A DNA stretch of 64,000 nucleotides. It comes from Marsupella aquatica (lineage: Eukaryota > Plantae > Marchantiophyta). A program made the translations under genes and the position numbers. This document shows, in pieces, positions 46,300 through 59,066 of the stretch. The stretch is taken from positions 25,295,899-25,359,898 of the forward strand of contig OZ316891.1 of the NCBI GenBank assembly GCA_973895155.1. Reading direction: 5' to 3'. Under the pieces are notes generated by a model, which was not told the DNA's origin, did not search any database, and worked only from the letters and a program-made list of their open reading frames with translations. The stretch's first letter is position 1. Each line of letters opens with the position of its first letter.

Positions 46300-49200
46300 T
46301 CTTCCAGGTATAAATCCAGTTTCTTGCGAGCTAATAATCATGTGTAGAATCGGTTTGAGTCGTATAGCGAGGATCTTGGCAATGAGCTTGTATATAGTAT
46401 TTAACATTATCAAAGGTCGCCAGTCCCTTAAAAACCGTTTGTCAGGTTTCTTGGGTATGAACTTCACAATTCCTTCACAGATTCCAGCGTCCAGAGCCCT
46501 TGTAAGCCAGAACTCCTGTATCATATCCACCAGATCTTGCCCGAGAAACTCCCAACATGCTCTGTAGACCTCAGCTGTCATGCCATCAGGTCCCGGTGTT
46601 TTGCCACAAGGCAGGAGCCACAGCACCTCCTTCACCTCCTGGTATGATGGGAGCCTCTCCATCCTCAAAATCTCCGCTCCAGAGAGCGCACACCTCGTGT
46701 TGCCAAGCAGCCTGTCTCTGGCCACACAAACCTCTTCCAACTCCGCTTCCAATCACGGCTCAGGCAAGTATAATGTTTGGCAGAACCTTTCAACCTCCTT
46801 CAGGATTCCTCCAGGGTCAGATACAGTACTCCCGTCCTCCCTACTCAGGGAAGGCATGGACTGACGCAATCTCTTAGCCTTCACTGTGGCAAAGAAAAAC
46901 TTTGTTGATTTGTCTCCTTCACTTAACCACTTAATTGTGGCTAGCCGCCGTCCTCTGTGTGCTTCCTCCAACTCTAAAGCATGTAGAGTGTCTTCCGCGT
47001 CCATGAACTCTGCAATGTCTCCCTCTGAATGGTGGTCTATAATGGCCATCTTAAGAACTCGCAACTGAGCTTGCTGAGCTGCCATCTCCATCTCACTTGT
47101 CCTTGGTTGGGCTTGAATTTCCTTTAGTGTTTGACGCATTTTCCAGCTGCCCTTAGCAAAGTGCAGCCGCGGGTCCATAAAATCTCCCCGTCCCACCCTG
47201 CAAGTAGCCTCCAGCCGTAGAATGTCCTCCCTTCTCCGCAGAAATGTCGGGTTGGCCATGAAAAGATGAACTTTGCCTCTCTCCACAGTCTCTGTCAATC
47301 CAGAGAACTGCACATTCAGCATTACTAGATCATGATCCAAAAGGGCTGAGCCCCCGTCATGTAGGAGTTCCACCTCTCGAAGCCATTCTCCTCTTTCACT
47401 AACATAAATCCTGTCAAGTCAAGACTATGATATCTCTCCATTACGATTCCTTCTCCACGTGAAGCGCGGGCCAGCAGCTCCTCCCCGAATGTCCCACACG
47501 TTTGTCAAATTAAATCTCATCTTCAAAAATCTCCAAAACTCGGCCTCTCTACCGCGGATCAGCAGCAATGAACCAGTCGAGTCCGGTCTTAATTTGTTCC
47601 GTCATATTGAAGTCACCACACAGCACCCAGTCATTGTGTGGCAGCATCACCTTTAGATCATTCCATAGCAGAGCTCTTAATAGTCTAGCTGAATTGGGAG
47701 CATATATACACGCAACTCCAAAATTCACCGCACACTTCTCGATCACATCCCAAACAGCCCTTCCCATATCAAGTGTTCCCAAGCCCACCACCCTCAGCTC
47801 AGGGTGTACCAGCAGTGTCATTCCCCCCTTTCCCTCATCCGGCTTAGAAGAAAAGTGCTGATATGAAGGGAGAATGGCCCGTAGAGCCATATCAAGTCTA
47901 AATTGATCAGCTTTCACTTCTTGAAGGGCCAGAATCCCCAGCGGTACCTTCAGCAATCTTACCCAATTCTTAACAATATGCTTACGGTTAGGCTCACAAA
48001 GTCCACAAACGTTCCAAGACGCCACTTTGAGCCTTCTGTCCATCCTCCTGCTATGCCAAAATTATATCTTGGCACAACCACCCCCATCCTTGCGTCTCAT
48101 AGTCTATTCCGTCCCTCGGGAGACATCCCCGTCACATCCCTACCCATAGCTCCACTCATATAACCATTAATAGAGCCTGCAAGAGAGACACGCATGGGGG
48201 ATGCAATATTCACCACTCCACAGCCAAAAGGAGCAATCCCCTGGACCCGCGCATCACAATCGCTCCCGCCTGGAAGGGTGAGCAGCAGTTGCTTGTGCAT
48301 CGTAATCCCATCCACACTGCCTACATCAGACATGGCACCACGTGAGAATCTAATTGATCTTTGCTTCTTGGCCTCACCTTTGGCCTTCTCAGTCCTTTCA
48401 GAAGGCGGTGTGCGAAGTTCTTGCTTGCGGGCTCTAGCTTTGAATTTACTGTGTGAAATATAAGCTTCATATTCAGACATCTCAGCATCAGATTCTTCAT
48501 GAAAGGAGAAGGTCTCATCATTTCCATCACGCGAATTGGGAGTAGTAAGGTCTTCAATTCCTTTGTCCGCTGAATCTCTCTGAGTAGTCCGCCGCCCAAT
48601 TGACGGGACAACGTCAGCCAGCAGTGGAATCCTGGCAGCTGCTATATCTTGTGAGTCCCCGATGCAGCCAACCTGCCCAAGCGACAGGAACAAATCTGCT
48701 CTTCTCTCTCTGGATCCCAATTAAAGAGAAAGCCTCCACCCGCACTTCTGGGTTCACCCGCTGCATCGGAACCGAGCCCCGCACCGCCATCTCCCCAGGA
48801 ACCGGACTAACTATTAGCAACTCCACCTGAGCAATATCCTCCTCCACTGAAAAGGGTACCTCCAGCACGGGAGGCACCATTGTAATACAGTACATTAGTT
48901 AGAAATGATAGAAAAATTATAAAATTTTGAACTTTTTCTAAGTCAAAGGTGCAATATAGTTACCTTTTGTAGCAATTTAGACCAACTGAACACTTTACCT
49001 AATGTCATGCTACACCGGAGACTACTTCCCATTCTAAATGCTGAACGACAAATCAGGTCTCTTCCATTTTCTTGACATGATACACAGGGTATGGATTTCC
49101 TTTGAGAGGTGATTCAAACCGAGACATTCAGGAGTTTTCAACAACCGGACCAGTCAGCACTACTTCAAGAGGATTGACCTACTTCATCCTTCGAGTCAGG

Positions 49201-52200
49201 ATTAGTCAATCTCCATCATTTTTGTTAAATAGTTATCATAGTTAAAAAAAGTCCCATACTTTTTCAGGAGATAGCCCTTATGTAGAAGAATCTCCCCTGA
49301 AAGTATCGGCTTAAACCGATATGTCGTTTAGAAGATATGACATTTTTAGTTTTACAGAAGTGTGAGTGCGCAAAGGCGCAACGGCGCTAGTGCTCCAAAG
49401 CGCAAAGGCGCAACGACGCTTCCGACACTTAGAAAAATTTTCCGGAATAGTGTATTTTTTATCCGACAGCACTTTTTGCCGATTTTATTAAGGCACTTAG
49501 ACACCTCATAAAAGTCTAAAATTTTGCCAGCATGTAGCATGTATATAAATCTTCCACCTAGGAAAGTTTCACCCCATTTTGACTTTTATGTTAGAAATTA
49601 AAATTCTGATAAACTCACTATTTATTAGTTTTATCACAAAAGTGCAAAAAACACTTTTACTCCAGTTTACACTAGGGATAACTTTTGGTTAGTTTTTCAT
49701 TTGAGTAACATTTTAGTGAACCTTGAGTACTCTTATAGCATATTTTCATACTTTTTACTTTAGTTTATGACCCTTAAGATATGAAAGGGCATGTCCTTTC
49801 ATTATCTCTTTTCCCTTTAGCTCCTACTAGCCTATATGTAGTTGAATGTATGTCACTTTTAGTGTGAAGAAATTTCATGAGCGCTCAGTTGCAAGGTTAC
49901 AACTTTGTTACCTCCATTTGTAGCAAGCACTCCATTGCTACGAGTACTTAATACAAAGGAATTCTTCCCCCTTCAAGTCTAAATGAATGAGAAGTTTGGA
50001 CCCTTGAAGTAAAATTATTGTGATTGTTAAATCTTTTGAGTATGTGTAAATAGATTCCTTGTTGGTGATGTTTCACATATTCCTTAGTTCTTGATGCATA
50101 GTTTTTGGCGTGACATTGCTTGGGCATGGGATGCAAAGATTGTTACTTACCAATTACTTATGGCTTCAAATTTGATTCTGATGGTGTCTCTTATTTGTGA
50201 CACAAAGTACCGATTGGATACAGAAGTGATTGATTACTAGTCTCCACTCAGTACCTTGGAAGGAAAAGTTGAGACATGTTGACGGCATTTTAGTAATCAT
50301 CCTAGTACCGTAATCCTTTCCAGAAATGTTCTTGCGGATATACCACCTAAATCATATCAAATGAAGTTATGTTGAGGAGTCACCTTGGTTGTTTCCTAAC
50401 TCCCTCACCATACCTCAAGGTTTTTGTTGTGTTTTATTAATTGTTTCCATTTTGTTAATTTTATTTTTAATGTTAAGCAAACATTTAAAACTATGCCTTG
50501 CTGAGCAACCATAGTAAAAGGCTCAACCTTTGTGTTTTTGTTACCTTATTCATTCATAAGTACTAAATCATAGAAAATCATTCATTACATGTTCTTCCAT
50601 GGGAACGAATACCGAGTTTTGGATCTTAAATGTTCATTTATGTCCCTAGTGTGATACTACAACCGTGGCTCCCCGGAAAATAGCACGTGCTTCAGCATTT
50701 TCTTTAGCCCTCAACACCTCCTCCTGATCTGCCTTTGAGTGTCTCTCATCGTCTTTCTCGTCCGGCGGGTTCGCTCCCGTCCATAGAGCACCAGCAGTCT
50801 GCAAGATTTCTTTACATTCACGGGCCAGGTGACCTCTTTGGTTGCATCAAAAACAGTGATAGGGGATATTTTTAAATGTCACAGGTTGCCAGATGATAAT
50901 GTCATCACGAAGTTGAATCTTCACACTTGCAGGGACTTCCCTGTCCGTGTCCCAAAGGATGCAAGCTCGATCGTGGGGATACAAACTGAATTCGTTCCCC
51001 TGAATGTAGTACAGTAGAGTCCCTAAAGAGCAAGCAATCTTTCTTCTGCAGCCCTCTAGTGCCAGGTCCCTAAACGGTATCTCAATCCAAACTGGGAGTT
51101 TAGTAAAGTTCTCACATTTTACATCAAAGGATGGATCCCATGGAAACGTGTATATAAATTGTCTCTCCATATACCATGGTGCGTAGTTGAGTGCCAGATC
51201 TCTGTGATTAGGATCCTCAAACACTATCATGTAAAAGTTCTTCCGTATGAATTTAACCTGAAGTACCGGCCATCCCTCCTGGTTTGTCATCACTTCGTCT
51301 ACCCATGCTCTAAAATCTGCGAGGAGCCGTGTTCTTCCCATGAAGTAGCATATGAGAGCGCAATTATATAGTTGCCTCACATTACGAGCTGCTTCCGGTA
51401 GGTTCCATTCCACTTCTGCAAAGAATCTCTTGTCAAGATCACCTTTGGACCTGATCGCAATCTCTCGCAGGATCTTGATACACTCAGGTTCAGATTCGTC
51501 ATCCTCCACGGGCGTGTCCTGCATCTCCACATTTTCTTGTGACACCTCCCTCCCCACCTTTGCATCCTGGTTAACAGCATTCGCCCCTCTTCCAAGTGCT
51601 CCACGCCCCCCGGGCAGAGCTTCGCCTTCATTCTCCCCTGCTCCATCCATCTCCTGCAGGGTCTGAGGCAATTCCATTCCTCTCACCGATCGCAACACCG
51701 GTCCCGGTCCCTTCACTAGACGCTCATTCCCACTCAAATTATACATCTGAGATCTGGCCGTAGTTGTCTCTTCCAAGTTTGGGTCGATCCTCCCAGAGCG
51801 TGCATCTTGTGCAGAGAATCATATTGCAGGTCCACTGACCATAACACCCCGCGCAGGTGATCGCCCCACAGCTTCCCCGGGTACCCCCCTAACCTCTAGC
51901 CTTGCAGCCGGCTCCCCCTGGGTCCACCGATCTACTGTCCACCAGCTAGTCGTCCCCCCCTTGCGCTCCTGCGGCTCAAGGGTCCATAGTAGTCTATCCC
52001 GTGTTCCTCCATGATACAAGCGGCCTTTGTTGACTCTACAATCTTTGCATCCAATTAAAAATAAAAGAGTCAAGGTCTTCTTGTACTCACCAGAAGTTCA
52101 GACGATGGCTCGAAGTCCCGCTGCCACTCCAGACATCCCCATCTCCCCGGTGCACCAAGGTCTGTCCTCCTTTTCTCCAATGTGTATGCCCGCCCCTTAT

Positions 52201-52260
52201 ATTCGCAGGTTACAACGTTGAAACAGCTCTCAGCTTGTCCCTATTCTCCCTCCTCTCGCT
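46300..52260 (-). mobile_element. L1/Tx1-type LINE, 3'-truncated within RT and degraded
   Basis: ORF1 50847-51776 (PVWIEIP, zinc knuckle CFxCNQRGHLAREC). ORF2 APE endonuclease (SWNVCGL, LQEVK, CGDFN), then GDKSTKFF, KTPGPDG, DWRPL and TGFIPGR. Confidence 0.9.
48881..50661. mobile_element. Solo LTR inserted in LINE ORF1
   Basis: TGTAAT...ACTACA ends, near-perfect TSD ACCAT/ACCGT, AT-rich and non-coding. Confidence 0.75.
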
Positions 52261-52261
52261 G

Positions 52262-53227
52262 CACTAGTAGAAACCGGGGTGTTTTATGACTAAGTGTTAC
52301 GACTGCCCATGACTCCTTGTGACTAAAGTTTGGGGGGTATCAAGCCAGTCGTAATTTTGACATAGAGTCTTATTTAAAGTGACTGAAATCGAGTGGTCAT
52401 TTATGTGACTAGGGTTTAAGACACATTTTGTGACTAATAATGACCACATCCGTACTTGGGCATTTTGGGATTAGGAGAAGGTGTAGTCTTATACATGACT
52501 GCAAAGTAGTCATTTGTATGACTCAAAATGAGGTATGAATTAGTCACAAAGAGTCAGTGAGGAAGAGTAGCCTTTCGCATATATGACTGGTGCTATGGTT
52601 CAATATCGGAATATAGGTGACTGATTATGACTACCTGGTCTTAAAAGTTTAGAGTATATGGGCACATTAGGAGAGATTTGCTTGGTGGGACCCCAAATGA
52701 AAATGTTTTACTTAATTGGACCCTTGAAAGTTTAGGTCCGTCTATTCAAGGTAAATCAACGGTGTGGATCACTCAGGGGTCCTATCAAGTAAAACATTTT
52801 CATTTGGGGTCCCACCAAGCAAATCCCTTGCACATTAGTGACCGATGATGACTACAGATGACTAATCATTCTTAAAAATCTTGAGATTGGGCTAGACTGG
52901 TTGGTCTTATTGGGGACCACGATGTAATATATTACTTGATATCTTAATGACCCAAAATGACTCATTAGTCTAGTTCACAATTGGATTCTTTGACCCTTTT
53001 GGTCAAAGATTTTGACCAAAAGGGTGAGGCAATTGCAGCCTGCACATAGCACTAGAACCATGACTAATAGTCAACTGAAGCATACAAGCATACATTCAAG
53101 CACTCAAGCAAACAAGTACACAAGTCTTACATGAAAACATGAGAGACAACATAGTTCTATTAGAATCTTAGAACTCATATTAACTATTGAACACACATGC
53201 ATAATTTCATACAAACAAAGTTGTCAC
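52262..53227. mobile_element. CACTA/EnSpm element end with subterminal repeats
   Basis: Starts CACTAGTAGAAA; many ATGACT/AGTCA short motifs; other end not seen. Confidence 0.65.
52671..52829. mobile_element. Mutator-like foldback MITE, 159 bp
   Basis: Long TIR GATTTGCTTGGTGGGACCCCAAATGAAAATGTTTTACTT; 9-bp TSD GCACATTAG. Confidence 0.85.
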
Positions 53228-53376
53228 TGTTGAACGTGAACTACAATCATACTTCCTTCATCCTTGAGTAAATACATATAGGTTCCTTAAGGAGGAACGG
53301 TTAAGGTAGTTATCCTTAACCCTAGTAGAGTATACTTAACCTGGTTCTAACCTGGGTTATAACACTCCCCCTTGGG

Positions 53377-55990
53377 TGTAACATTTGGGGGAAAATGTGG
53401 CAGCCATTGTAAGTGTACTCTAATGTGAACTCTATCCCATGTAGTATGGTGTTTTTTTTTTGGGGTGTGACGCAAATGACATGGTTCTTATTTTGTAATC
53501 TGATTAAGTAGGTTGCTGTATGCAAGGAGTAGCTATTGATATTGCATAACAATTAGCACGATGGCAAGAATAAGGGCAATCATGGCGTTAAGAGTAGGGA
53601 AATAAAAGCTATGTCGCGGGTGATTGATGATCATATCTCTTTCAATATGTCACCAAATCCGGATCTGTAAAGAGCATTGGAAATATCTGGTCAAGGCGAG
53701 TAAAATCGATATAAAATACTCGAGAAACGGAGGTGTATTAAGAAAGATACGACCTGATTAGTGTGACGGGTTAACTTGTGGCCGAAATTAGCGGATTCGG
53801 CTTCAGTTTCGGGTTAACCCAAGCTCGACCACGGCTTAGCTTATGTGAGCACGGCTTCAGCTTAGCTCAGGTCAGCACGGCTTCAGCTTAGCTCAAGTAA
53901 GCACGGCTTCAGCTTAGCTCAGGTCAGCACAGCTTCAACTTAGCTCAGGTCCGCACGGCTTCAGCTTAGCTCAGGTAAGCACGGCTTCAGCTTAGGCTTA
54001 ACCCGGGTTCGGACTAGATTGATCCCGGGTTAGACTTAACGCGGGTTAGCCTAAACTCGGGCTCAGGTTAGCATAGGTAAGCTCGGGTTCGGGCTCAGCT
54101 TAGGCTAGGATAGCGGATAGCGGGTAGCGGGTAGCGGGTAGCGACCTAACCCGAGACCACGGGTTAGCTCTACTCGGGTTAGATAGGATAGCTAGGTTAG
54201 CCGAACTCGGGCTAGCTATGTAACTCGGGTTAGTGCAGCAGTGAGTACCCCCTCTCGGTTGCGGGGGCATAACTCTCTGTGTATTTGACCAAATCGGCTA
54301 TAATTGACCTCGTTGGAAAGAGGAGCTCAAGCCGCTTCCAATGCTGCTATCCACGCAGCAAATGGTTGAATAGATAAATCAGGAGAGGAGGCGCAAGCTC
54401 GCAAAAACCATGGAGGAGGGCCAAATCCAAAGTACATAGCCAATTTGAGATAGAAATAAAGCTGCGAGTTAGGGTTCAGTAGTTAGAGATAGTGGCGGCT
54501 CTGTTAGGGCTGGGATGGGGCTCCAGCAACATAGCATCCACCCATTTGGGCTCAAGGAGAGAGTATATAGAGCAGCCCCCCGGTAGAGGCAGGGGGGACT
54601 TCAGTTGTGTGATCTCACTTAGACTGAGCAGCAGGGAGGAGCTCTGTGCAAGCAAGGCTGGACTTGGACGCTGCGTGTTGGGGAGAGCTTGGTTGTGCTA
54701 TTACTTAGGGAGTAATCAGCCAAGCTTCACAGCAACGGGTTGCTAGGTTTGCGAGCTGGATTGTGGCTCTTTCTAGTGGGTAGCACAACTGGGTTCTTTT
54801 CCCCCGATACAGAGCCTTGGTGATAGGTGATGTATTGGTGATTGTAAACTGTGGGGAGGATGTCAATTTGATTTGTGGTGAGCACATTAGGGAGGCTGAG
54901 ACATTGATTGAGGGGCAGCAGGAGGAGCATTTACAGTTTAGTCTGGCAAGGCTACGTGATCCATGGGGAGTCCCGGCCTTTGTCTGGTGGAGAGCACTAA
55001 GGGATCTATGGCCAGAGTGGAGCTTGCAGGGCAAGCGTGAGGCCGGGCCTCATTGCAGTCTGGGGTAGATCGTCGTTAGGCCTGGTACCAGCTTTGAAGT
55101 CGAGTCAACTATGTATGCGTAACTTGACGTTCTGAATTGGAGGTGTGAGATCTGTATGTGCCCCCAAGAATGAAGTGCAGTGAAGGAGGTTGAGTTCAGG
55201 ATTGAGTTTGCAAGGCAAGTACGGGATTGGTTCGAGTCCAATCTGCCGTCGCAATCTGGAGTGAGCCGGGCTCAGGTTCAGGATTGAGCTTGCATGGCAA
55301 GCATGGGGCTTGCAGGGCAAGCACGTCGTAATCTGGAGGAGACAGCCTTCGGGCCTAGTGTTCGGATCAAGTGTTCTCAGTGAACTATTGTGCACATCTT
55401 TGAATCTAACTGAGTTTTCCTCTCAGGCCTCATTTCTCTCATGGATGTGTGTGTGTGTGAGGCAATCTGAGTGTATGATGGGACTAGCAGCGCCACTGAG
55501 AGGTGTACAGGGTGCATTGAAGTGGGCTAGGTGAGGACTGTCATAGCTCTGATTGCTGAGAGTGGAATGGCAGAGTGGTGGGGCAATGGCTTAGAAGTCC
55601 CTAAGCCGGGAATCAGTCAGGAGTCACTGGTTTATGGGTACATTCCGGCGGCAGAATAGAAACATACCTATGACAATAAGCATACGTATAGACCTATGCG
55701 CACCATAGCGCTAGGCCCTGTGTGTACAGGCCCAATATGAAGACCCCTTCTCACCAGAACTATCATGAGCGTAGACCTGATCCCCAACCTTGGTTCCTTG
55801 GGATTCAGCTTGGGTGATGTGTGATAGAGTCTTGCTATGATAGTCTGGTATTAAGGGCATAAATTGGTGTTTACCGGCCTTCACAACATCCCTTCGTGAT
55901 CCTCAGGTACAAGGAGATGGTTTTGGCACCCATAGTGATGTTTTTGGTGTTAAGACCCATGTCAATCGCCTGACATGGGGGGGGATGTAA
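53377..55990. mobile_element. LTR-like non-coding insertion in the Bianca 3' UTR
   Basis: Starts TGTAAC and ends with PPT-like GGGGGGGA followed by TGTAA; no TSD established. Confidence 0.4.
53830..53995. repeat. 26-bp minisatellite GCACGGCTTCAGCTTAGCTCAGGTCA, about 6 copies
   Basis: Direct tandem units visible. Confidence 0.85.
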
Positions 55991-58900
55991 TCTCATTAAA
56001 ACCTCCCCTTCGCACTTGTGGGAGGAAAGAGTATCACCATCCCTCTCCAATCGTGGGTAGAGTTAATCTATAGTGTGAAATGTACACAGTAGGTACTGAA
56101 AAATGTTTGTAATCGTTTAGTTCTATTTATCTTATTGCTGGACTAAAGTATTGAAGTGGTACTCTAATTTATGCTAAGTCCCGTAAGTCGTAGGTGTATG
56201 TCGAGCGATTTGTTGGGTTGATACTGTCTTCGTCTCCATCCGCTTGTAGCTGGTGTTCCTCTTCACTGGTTCGTGAGTGCTAGGTCAATTTGAGTCTCCC
56301 CCATGATCGATGTTCGTGTCTTGTGTTCGTGAAGTGGCCGGATCCATCGAAATGCGCTCTTTGTTGTTTTTGTCTGCTGCTCGTTCATGTGCATTCAGGT
56401 TCGTTCCTGCAGCAATGTTGAAAGTCTACGCATGCCTATGGAGTATGAGAGTTCTTTGTGGAGCGTGGGCGGTAGTGACTTAGTAAAGAGGTCTGCGCAG
56501 TTATTTTGTGATGGGATCCATTGGACGTCTATCTGTTTTCCCTGTTGCTCATGTGCGAAAAAGAACTTAGGAGCAATGTGCTTTGTGCGATCACCTTTTA
56601 TAAATCCAGCGGCTACTTGTTGCACACAGGGTCGATTGTCTTCAAAGATAACAGTTGGAATGTCTAATGTCGGTTTACCTGTGTGTGTTGAGATACGATC
56701 GATGACATTACGGAGCCAGAGGCATTCTCTGTTTGCCTCATAAAGCGCGATAATTTCCGAGTGGTTGGAAGAAGTCATGGTGAGTGTTTGTTTGCTACTC
56801 TTCCATGAGATTGTTGTGGCTTCGATGAGGAAGACGTATCCAGTTTGCGATTTTGCATCTGCAGGGTCAGAGAGGTAACCTGCATCAGCGTATCCAGTTA
56901 GTATGTGTGCTTTGCTTGCCGGGAAATGTAGTCCCATGTCAATGGTGCCACTTAGGTAATGGAGGATTCTCTTTACTCCGTTCCAGTGCCGAATTGTGGG
57001 CTATGCGCTATGGCAAGCTAGCAGGCTCACTGCAAATGCAATATCAGGCCTCGTCTGATTTGCAAGGAACATCAATGCTCCGATGGCGGATAGATAAGGT
57101 TTTTTGCTGCCAAGTAGCGGCTCTCCCTCTGATTTCTTACGGAAAATGTCTTTGTCCTTATCCAAGGATCGTAGATCCATTGGTGATGTTACTGCCTTTG
57201 TCTTCTCCATATGAAATTGCTTAAGGACTTTGCTCGTGTAGGTTGATTGATGGAGGAAAACACCAGTGGGGAGGTGTTCGAATGGTAATCCGAGGCAGTA
57301 TGTAGTCTGCCCCAAGTCCCGCATTTCAAAGACACGTTTAAGTAGCTGGATTGTTTCCAGGAGTATTCGGCTGGTGCCGAATAGGTTTAAGTCATCTACG
57401 TATATGGCCACGATGACGAATTTGCTGTCTTCTTGCTTAATGAAGAGGCAGGGTGCGATGTCAGAATTCTTGAACCCTAATGCTGTCATTTCTGCCTTGA
57501 AGCGGTGGTACCATGTTCGCCCGCTTTGCTTCAATCCATACATCGATCAAAGCACTTTCACAGCATATCGTCTTGGTCTTCCTGAGGTATGGTTGTTCTG
57601 TGTTGAATGAGCCGGAAGTGCTATTGCTTGTGAGGTTGTTCAAAGGACTTCCGTGTTCGTATGCTCAAAAGTGGAGTTTTGTGCCTTGATTCGGGGTGTT
57701 TTCTCCCCCTAACAGTGGTAGTCAACGCGCTGGATCAGTTCTGGGGGGGCTTCCATATGTATGATGACGTCCAGGTGCCCATAGAGGTAAGCCGTGACCA
57801 CATCAAGTTGGTGCATCGTCAGTCCATAGTATAGTGAGAAGGCTATCAGGTACCGATAAGTGATTACATCCATTACTGGGGAGTAAGTTAAATCATAATC
57901 TCGTCCCTGAATTTGTGTGAATCCTTGGCTACGAGCCGTGCTTTGTGGCGGATAACTTTGCCCTTAGAGTTTCTATTCTTGACGAATGTCCACTTGTATC
58001 CGTGTGACGCCGCCGGTACGGCGAGTAATGAGTAATTTGGTCTAAACTATGCCTAGCACGCGCGTTAGGGGTATCTTAGGCCGCTATGATTAGCATAACA
58101 ATAGTATTTAGGTAGCCATTATGAGTAGGAAATCATTAGTCAATAAGGGGAATTCATGTTCGGGCTGGCGGCGCGTCCCCATTTGCACGCCCGGGTTACG
58201 AGCGTGGAGGGGCCCTCCCTCGGGTCCGTATAACAAACTTCGGGAGGCATCCGCTGACACGCGGTGACTCAGACCGGCGGAGTGGCCGGTACACTACAAG
58301 CGTGAACGGTTAGCCTATGGGCAGCAAGGAGATGACGGGGGATTGGCAAGCCCTCAAGGTATAAAGAGGGAGCCGACCCTTTGGAGTGCACCAGTCCATC
58401 AGTCCACGAGCCAGCTTTGATCCCAGCTCTCTCGTTCTCTCTAAGTCGCCACTACTATCTCCTCTGAATGTCGCGCACGATCCTCTCCAGTTCGGCCATT
58501 CGATTCTGGACGCAGTTCCTATCTACCAGAAGGCACTTGGCCGACTCATTGAAACATGCCAACCCGCGCCGATACAAAATAGAACGCGAGTACGAGAGAG
58601 CCATCCGCCTAGCAGGATGACACCACTACATCCTTAACTTTGACTACCCATCCCAGAGCGAGCTTTACCGACCAGCTGAGGTATCTAGGTACTTCTTCAA
58701 CGGAGACAAATATATCAGGTTTTGGGAAGCATTGCTTTGGCTTCCGGACGAGGTCTTCAATATCCCGGGGACGATCGACTTGCAACGACATCACTTTGAC
58801 CACATCCCTGCTCAGGTCGGGCTATCATCAACAGTGAGTCTAGTACTAACCGTTCGACAAGGTCGTCCGCACTTGTTTCGGAGAACTTCTACCAGCACCT

Positions 58901-59066
58901 GCAGAGCTTCATGGGAACTAGACCCGCAACCACCGGCGCCAGCCCGATGGACCCCATACCCGTATCCATACCAATGCAGACTTAGGTTCAGCCTCAGCCT
59001 CAGCCTAGCCAACCCCCACCGCCGATCGTCCCGCCAGTAGTACAAGTACGCTCCGTTATCAACGCT

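Larger units (their letters stand above)
53228..58002 (-). mobile_element. 3' part of a second Bianca copia (LTR, PPT, RT-RNase H), interrupted
   Basis: Probable 137-bp LTR 53228-53364 ending TTATAACA, PPT CAAGGGGGAG; RT/RH at 56395-58001 (YGLKQSGRTWY, YVDD, GYADAGY, KHIAPKFF). Confidence 0.85.
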
